From assembly GCA_951406725.2 (NCBI GenBank), contig OX597818.1:122884001-122948000 (forward strand): a stretch of 64,000 nt of DNA, written 5' to 3'. The stretch comes from Octopus vulgaris. Its lineage: Eukaryota. Made by a program: the position numbers and the translations under genes. Below, in pieces: positions 55,468 to 64,000 of the stretch. The notes beneath the pieces are model-generated. The model searched no databases, was not told where the DNA came from, and saw nothing but the letters and a program-made list of their open reading frames with translations. The number at the start of each line of letters is the position of its first letter. The stretch's first letter is position 1.

Positions 55468-58400
55468 ACAAAATCGGGAAATACTTTAGGAATGAGAACC
55501 CAGGTTCTAAATTTCCCCAAAGACACCTGATAAAGGTTGGAGGGTATATCTGTCGAAATGTTGTGTTAACAACAAACAAGATGAGGACAAATATCCGTCA
55601 AATGTAAATAATGTAAATGACGTATTGTATGACTTTACTACTCTTTCTTTGTGTTTTTAGCAGGAACAAAGAAGAGATGCACTACTACTTCAAGTAATGG
55701 AAACAACGTCATATGACGTTGTCGTTGATATAACGCTACCTTCAAACAACAAGATTCTAAAATTCGTTAAATTAGTTATTAAAGGAAAAGATGCGGCTGG
55801 AATGTAATAGAAAACTCTATATCGTGAGACTAAAAGTCTTTTGCTATTTAGGCGCCTGTAGCCGGCGAACTGGTTGAATGATTAAAGCGTTGGATAGAGT
55901 ACCTGGCGGTATCTGGGATCAAATTCCGATAGAGTCAGTTTTGAATTTCATACTTTCTGGCGTCTAGCAAATAGGCATAAATTGTGAGTGGTGGGCTGAG
56001 AGAACTGTTGAATAATCGGGTGATCTCTGATGCTATTTCTTCCTGATCTTTGCATTATGGCCGCAACTTTTGCGGCGAAATTGATGCCAAACTGTATCAA
56101 CCCAAAATGCAGCTTTTCTTTCGGATAAATATCATTGATGTGGAGAAAGGCGAAGTGAACATTTAGCTGCCAGCCTTCCTCAAAATATTTAACACAGGCT
56201 TGCACATGCATATACAGATGCATAACCAGACTTGACCGACAGAAACCCTATATAGTTTATCTTCTTAGTACAATCTATGTCTGAGGTGAATTTGTATTTT
56301 GTTGCCCCGGAGTACACAAAGGCTGAACCTGGTACTAAGTTTACAAATATTATTTTTACGCATCGCTTAGCTTAAGCACTTGCAAACCAACAAATTGACT
56401 GTGGATCCGCACATTATTATCATATGATTCACAAAAACAGAATTTCGTTAATCATCAAAAAAATAATGAGTAAGAGCTTCCCTTGAAGCAAGTATAAAAC
56501 TATAAAGATGCACAATTAACTCTCTTAAATTCATATTTACTCTCTTAAATTCATATAAAGATGCACAATTAACTCTCTTAAATTCATATTATCTGTACGT
56601 AATTATTGTAATTTGAAATTATTGTAATAGAAATTTATTCATTAAAATTTTTTTTGGTAGATAAGTCTTCTGGTGCGTTTGAAATTTAGAAGGTGTGCGT
56701 ACGATATTAATTTCAAATTTTTGGCACAAGACCAGCAATTTTGGGGTAGGGTGTAAGTTGGTTTCATCAACTTCACTACTCATATGGTACTTATTTTATC
56801 GACCCCGAAAGGATAAAATGCAAAGTCAACTTCGGCAGAATTTGAACCCAGAACGTAAAGGCGGACGAAATGCTGCTCAGCGTTTTACCCAGCGTGATAA
56901 GTATTCTGCAAGCTCACCGCCTTACACTATGTCCGTACGATATTGGCTTCTATTCCAAATTGGTAATGCAACTGAAAATCGTATGAATAAATATCCAGCC
57001 TTAGAAAACATAACGAAACAAAAAAGTTTCTTTAAGAATTGAATCCAAAAGAGTGAAGTACCCCTTAACTGATTGGCACTCAACCACTGATATACCTAAG
57101 CCACTGAACCAACCAGCGTGCTGTCTCCCTTTCTGGCTTTTCTATCGCCATTGTAATGGCATCTGATCCTCGGAGTTAGCTGGTTTCGTATCTCCACAGC
57201 TCCAGTACACCGACGCACCTGTTTGTCCATCACTCATTATTCTTGAGTTTAGTCCCCCATTTGTCTACATTATCCATTACACGATATATTTCTTCTTTAG
57301 AACGTTGACCATCAGGAAAATACCACTGTTTATATCTTCCCTGCATGGTGACCGGCAATAGTTTAACAGAACAACGAAAGTTTGTAAGGGCCATGGACTC
57401 TGGCCTTGCCGCTAATGAAATTTTTTTATAGATGAGGGCATTCATTATACATCCAAAGCAGCGCATACATGATAGCATATTTATTATGACGAATAAAATA
57501 CCTTGCCGTATTAAGTCTCATACCTATAATTCTGAGTTCAAACTAGCCACACAGAATGTTCCTTCCATCCTTTCAGTGATGGAAGTTTAGTGGCTATGTA
57601 AAAATAAGTCATTTTTCATCTTTATCACTTTATTAATAGTTTTTTTGTTTTGATTAAGGCAGAATATTGTGCCTATGATCATTTAAAGGTTCTCCAAGAC
57701 AAGCGGAAGAGAAGGTGAAAGTTACCTGCAAATTGGAGATCTTCATGAAACGCTTACAATCAAGGGGATGTCGTTAAACGCCTCAAAAAGCCGGGAGGTG
57801 GTCCTCAGTAGCCTGCGGTTAACTACTAGCTTCCGATGCGATGCTTCTTACATTTCCGCTGATCCACCTCCTTGATTGGATACGTTCTAATAAATCTCTA
57901 CCCTCACCACAAAAAATGTAAAATGAAAATCAAAGTCAAACTGAGAGTATTTGCTAATTATAGAACAAGAAGACGGAACAAATTCCGCAAGGGATTATTT
58001 CCAAAGCTCTGTTAAATCTGCCAATGCACGTTATTTCCTTATCGCGACGTTTCTATTAATTGCTCCAGGCAATTATAATTTAAAGTGATATTAGTACCTA
58101 CACGGCGCGAAAGAATAAAAAAAAATTATATATAAGATATTTCAATCGTCTCAACCAAAAAATTCACATACAGCAATCAGTTCAAATGACAACGATCAAT
58201 ACAGTCAAAACTCCTGCCTCCATTCCTCCCCTATCTCACCTCCCGAGCACACTTCTATCCTCACCCCACCACATCATTTGATAATTCGATCAGTAGAAGT
58301 CATATGATTAATCAATACCGAAATTCAGGAAAAATTTTAGCCCTGAAGTCATGAAAATTATTTTATGATTCTTCATATATTTTATTTGTTTGTTAGGTAT

Positions 58401-58984
58401 CCTATAGTCTGTAGTATTCGACTAGTCTAATGAAGGCTCTTTAATGAAATTCTTATACTTCAGAATAATAGTAATTAATTAAAGTCGCTATTATTTTCTT
58501 TTCCCAATTTCATTTGAAGACCTAAACCAGAATCTTCAATTGAATTAACGCTGACTTCAGTATCACAAGTAAAAGTAGAAATATAAAAATACATCTAAAT
58601 ATTCTACCTTAACACCTAATTTATACTTTAGGGGTGGTTTCTCTGAATTTTTTGTTTGCAAAACCTATTGGTGCGTCGAGAGGAAAATTATTGTTGTTTT
58701 ATACGTATGTTTGTATGCATGTAAGTACGTATGTATGTATTTATGTAGGTGTGTGCATTTATGTGTATGTGAGTGTGTGTGTGTGTGTTTGTGAGTGTGA
58801 GAGGAAATGTGTATATACGATATATGCATACACACACACACACACACATATATAGTACTTCCTTTAAACATATGCGTATATAAAACATATATATGCATAT
58901 GTTTGACTATATATATATATATACTTGTATATCCATACATAGCTGCATATACATATATACATATATATATATACATACTTATAT

Positions 58985-59023
<39 letters not shown>

Positions 59024-59074
59024 AGTATTTATGTGAATATATGTATCCACATAATATAAACATACATATATATA

Positions 59075-59151
<77 letters not shown>

Positions 59152-59924
59152 ATAGGGGGGATTTTCAATTATGAAAGACATACAACAAGGGGGTATAACA
59201 TAAACAAGAATATTAATGGTTGTTATCATTAACTAGGAGGTGTTTATTATCAAATATACAGAAATACAATTGAATAACTAATAACGCCAGAAGCGACTTC
59301 ACTCTAGGCTTTTATGGCTCTAGGCTAAATGTATGTTGAATCAGGATGCGAAATAAACCTCCCCACCCTATAGTAGTGATTGTGCGTGCTCATGTGCGTG
59401 TGTGTAAGTGTGTGTGTATTTGTGCATGCATAAGTCTGCGTGCATTTTTGAGCAATAACATGCTACAGTCATATAGTTGCTTCGACTTCTTAGTGTTCTG
59501 GTGCTAAGTGCGTGTATGCGCTTTGTGCATCATGTGAATGTGTAGGCGTTTCAGGTATTTCGAATTAAGAGTATTCGCTTAATAAGTATTTATCCTTAGC
59601 GCTCGGTTAAAGGTGAATAAATTACGCACGTGCACACAAATATACGCATACGCACGATACACGGACACACTTATAGAGAACACTCAACCACAGACATATA
59701 TTTATATATATATATTTATATATATACACTGGGAGACAGAGCGAAAGAGATTGCTGTACATTCATAATACATACATACATACATACATACAGACAGACAG
59801 ACAGACAGCTAGACAGACAGATAGGTAGCCTTACAGTATTTCTTCATGTCCTAAAACCCATTGGCCGAAATATGTATATATCTATCTATCTATATATATA
59901 TATACCTATGCATACACAAACACA

Positions 59925-59966
<42 letters not shown>

Positions 59967-59969
<3 letters not shown>

Positions 59970-60334
59970 ATATATAAACGGCAGTTTGTCTGTGCGTGTT
60001 TCTGTGTGTCTGTTTGCTTGTACCCTCACCCTGACCACGGCTTTCAACCGATTCTGATGAAACTTGACACACACATAGCCCAATGTCATAATTCAAAACT
60101 AACGCAGCAAAAATTTTGAAAAGTTCCCCCAGTTCTGAAAAAAATCGATAAAATCGACATGGGGTCGAGAATCAGAAACAAACCACAGACTGTCTAGGGG
60201 ACGCAACTAAACCTTTTTTAACTCAAAAAAAAATTTACCATAATTTTTTTGCTATTTTTTGGCTATAACTCTCTAAAAAATGCTTTATAGTTATTTCCCT
60301 TACAAACCTGAGCAACGCCGGGCGATACTGCTAG
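59967..60334 (+). mobile_element. Non-autonomous Helitron
   Basis: A|TCTATATATAAA 5' end; subterminal hairpin CCTGAGCAACGCCGGG and CTAG|T 3' end. Confidence 0.85.
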
Positions 60335-60344
60335 TATATATATA

Positions 60345-60585
60345 TATTGGTAAAAACGGTAAGATAACAAAAGAAAGAAAGAGACCTCAATATTATGTAA
60401 ATAGAGGAAATTTATCTATACAATAATATGTTACATTACTCGATAGTCAAGATAAAACTCTGAGTTTCAGATGCCGAAGTGGCAATCCACATCTCTTCAG
60501 TTATCTGGCTAGATGTCGTGGATTCCCACTTCGGCATCTGAAACTCAGAGTTTTATCTTGACTATCGAGTAATGTAACATATTAT

Positions 60586-60590
<5 letters not shown>
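60345..60590 (-). mobile_element. Fold-back element (~73 bp arms) containing an HHR at 60450-60506
   Basis: 60421-60490 pairs with 60518-60587. AGAUAA CUGAAGA GAUG..CAUC U GAAA CUC A GAG UU UUAUCU. Confidence 0.75.
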
Positions 60591-60675
<85 letters not shown>

Positions 60676-60692
60676 CATACATATATATATAC

Positions 60693-60740
<48 letters not shown>

Positions 60741-60747
<7 letters not shown>

Positions 60748-62350
60748 AGTAAAAAGTGAAAAACTACAGAAGGCTTGTTTTAAAAGGTTAAAAAATATAT
60801 ATTTGAGTCATTACGTCAGAAGAATGTTATAAATTTTTTTCATACAGTGACATAGTTTTTGAAGAAATTACCGGTTTCGTGTTAACTTTTCAAATTTCTC
60901 AAAGCATTGTGTTATGACTTCGTTATGAAGTGTAAAGAGGAGTTCCAGGCAAGGGGAGGTAATAACTGATTTCTTCCAGTGTAAGGGAGATAATCGCTTT
61001 ATATTTCTTGCCTTTTTTACTTAATGGGATTAGTTTCTCTGTATAAGTATGTTAGAATGGTTAAGTTTGGGCTTATATTTTTCAATGAAGAATGTTTCCT
61101 TGTTTAGTCTAATTTGTGTTGGTGTTCCAATAGCACATTGATAAAATGGAAAGATTAAAAATTGTGGTAGTAGTTGCTTTGCGCATTTCTCAATATGCTC
61201 ACTAAAGGGTATCATTCTGTATTCTGGGAATGCAATTTGTTGTCGATGCAGTGTGCATCTACGTCTGAGTGATAGTCCCGTGGACCCCACGTAGTTTTGG
61301 TGGAAGCCCGAGCATCTTATGACATAAATTATGTTTTCAGAGGCACAAGTAAAATTAGATTTGATCTTGAATTTTTGTCCCTTTTTGAAGAGAAATTCTG
61401 ATCCTTCTAGAAGGTTTGGGCATGTTGCACAGTTTGGTCTATCACATTTTTTTACTTTTGCATCCGTAATTTCAGAAAGCAATTTTGCCTTTGTGAGAAT
61501 CTTTTTAAGTGATTTAGGTTGTTTGTAGCTTTTAATGATTTTATGTATGTTTAGAATTTCCTTTAATTTGGGGTCCTTATGAAGTATTGGTAAATTCTGG
61601 GTGATGTTGGTGAAGGCTTCTTTGTTTCTGGGGTTCTATGTGGATATGTAAGGCAGTATATTCGGGGAAGGTGTGTTGTTGTGTTGAACTTTTCTCAAAG
61701 TTTTTATGTCGATTTCTGTTGCACGTCTGATCCCATCCTATATGAGTTGAGCTGGGTAGTGTCTGTCAATTAGGGTGTTTTTGAGTTCTTGTAGTCTAAA
61801 GTTCCTGGTATTTTGTTCTGACACTATTGTGCATATCCTTCTTGCAAGGTTGAAAGGGATGTTTGTTTTAGTGTGTCTTGGGTGGCATGAATCAAAAAGT
61901 AGGTATTGTTTGGCGTCTGTGGCTTTGTAAAAAATGTCTGTTTCTATTTTAAGGTTAATTTTTTTAATTAGTATATCTAAGAATGGAAGCTCCTTTTGGT
62001 TGTATTCCATTGTGAACTGTATATTTGGGTTGCTGCTGTTCAATAGGTTTTTGAATTTTAGGAGTTTATCTGTGATTTCATTCCAGAGTATAAAACAATC
62101 GTCCAGGAATCGTTTCCAATTCTCTTTTATGTATTGAGAGAGGGGGCTTCCAAAGGTTGATAAAGATTCCTGGTAAATAATTATTTCCAGGTAGCCCATT
62201 GTTAGGTTCGCAATGACTGCTGCTGCCCTTGTACCCATAGCAATTCCGGATTTTTAACGGTAAAATGTATTGTCAAACATGAAGAAGTTATTATGTAGGA
62301 TGAATTCAACCGATTTAGTAATGAAATCTTTACTAATCCTTTTTGGTATT
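60741..62350 (-). mobile_element. Penelope-like retroelement, 5'-truncated (RT + GIY-YIG + 3' pLTR with HHR 60863-60899)
   Basis: GIAMGTRAA..ANLTMGYLE; WKRFLDDCF; LPFLDILI; KCDRPNCATC; IIYVIRCSG..NYVGST..R..H. Few disablements. Confidence 0.93.
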
Positions 62351-64000
62351 TGGTATTTCAAGGAAACTAATAATCTACGATTTTCAAGCCATTATACTGA
62401 TATCAACCGCTCACCCTCTCAAGAACTATCTCTCAATGTAATATATATATATACTTGCCTTAGGACTCTGTTTGAAACCTGGCCGCATGATGAAATAGAA
62501 TGGAAATCAAATGAAAGAAAAAATATAGTATAACATATACATACTCACATGTGTGCATATGTGAAGGTAAATAGATTTACAAAGGAAAGTAAAGGTCATT
62601 TAGCATAGATCAGGTGGAGATCAAATATATGTATCAACAACATTTGACTTAATCTATTTTACCCCAAATTACTCGTGCGTACAAGTACATTTGATCGTTT
62701 ATGACCACTCGATTTAAGAGACAGGGCAGAGATAAGTAATAAAGATGACTTTTTTATGAAGAAATATATATAAAGGTAACTTATAGTAGTCAGTACGGCT
62801 GACATGATAAAATTAGTATTTGGATGGTTCCTACAGTGTCGCTAAGCGTTGAACTATTTATTTGTAGGGCATTATGGAACAAATGCTGAATGGTAGATAA
62901 CACTGACGCAACATACAAAGGTACTTTTCCTTGCTTCCATAAGAAAAAAAACCTTTACAATTTCCGTAAAGTATCAACACGGTGTGTTTTACAAATATAT
63001 TCAAGAAATGTTTCTCTATTACCAGTTTTTGTTCAAAAAGCAGTTCTCAAGAACACATAAATTACACAACTATATTTTCCATGTATCATTATAAAGTTAG
63101 TTATTCCTCTTTAGAAAATATCACTCCAGCTTCGCACACTATAACTGGAAGTGGAACACACTACTTTTATTGAAAGCACCCATACGTAACTGTCGCAATC
63201 GCCTATTCAGTAAGGACATTCTACCTTATGAAGACATACTTTGTATTTGCGGATATTAACCAATCTGCGTGGCATCAAGGAAAGACAGCTTTAAGCAATC
63301 TACTCCGTTTTGTTCGAGATAAGAGAAAACTCTGCCTCTGTCTCACTTAATCTTGTAACTAAGTGACCAGAGAAATGATTTGCTCACCAGAACATGGAGT
63401 ATATTTGTAACAGAAGGTAGCAATTCGATTCATATTTGTGAGAGATTTAATTTAGTAATACGATTACGTTAATGTCTTATTGACTTGGTTACTCACATAG
63501 AGTTTTATATTATGTTTCACTTTGACGTAAGGTCATGAATTTTTTAGAGAAGAAATATATTTTATTGAAATGATTTTGATTGGCTATTGTTTTGAAGTCC
63601 CAGAGGAGTAAAAATAGTGAGACTCACAAGATTTGAATACATTATGTTCAATAGTGGTATAAATTGTCAAAAATGATTTATCAAACATTCTGTTGGTTCT
63701 ACCACACCACATTTCTCCGAACTTAAATAATTCTATTTAAAATTTAACTATTCGGAAAGTCTGCATTCTATTGTAAATTGGAGAATAATAGTCTATTTGG
63801 AAAGATGTCGTTAAAATCTTGGCTATAATAGTGCGTGGATGGAAAGAGAAGAGCAACGAGAGAACTATAGATAATTGCTGGAATTGATTTGCACACTAAG
63901 TAATCATTATCTCATTTCTTAAACTTGCCGCAAGTTAAGAGATATACGTTGGTAGATACTGTTTAACTATGCATAAATCTAAATTTCCCAGTTATGCTTC

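Noticed and set aside
55653-55700. Direct repeat of 53023-53070 as a large TSD
   Set aside because: The first copy lies inside the mariner, so this is more likely a second mariner fragment.
55948-56223. 91 aa ORF ending at a possible donor site
   Set aside because: No good acceptor and no homology recognised.

Overview
AT-rich eukaryotic DNA dominated by microsatellites and transposon debris. The repeat content (tRNA-derived SINEs with Meta-, CORE- and V-like domains, dense (TA)n, (ATCT)n, (ATT)n, (ATGT)n tracts) suggests an octopus or other coleoid intron or intergenic region; this is an inference. No intact host gene is supported, and most listed ORFs are microsatellite translation artefacts. 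One possible terminal exon lies at 19637-19855. Recognisable decayed elements: Tc1/mariner family (5), a hAT(m)-like transposase, Helitrons, three Penelope-like retroelements (PLEs), several R4/Dong-like fragments in microsatellites, a CR1-like LINE inside a Helitron, an RNase H LINE end and many SINEs. The main unexplained signal is about 16 hand-folded type I hammerhead ribozyme (HHR) motifs. Some carry recurrent non-canonical cores (U3-A8 covariation, U at position 6, C at position 4). Many sit in fold-back (palindromic) short elements inserted in simple repeats, suggesting a system of ribozyme-bearing, PLE-dependent non-autonomous elements. All folds were done by eye and none is computationally or experimentally confirmed.
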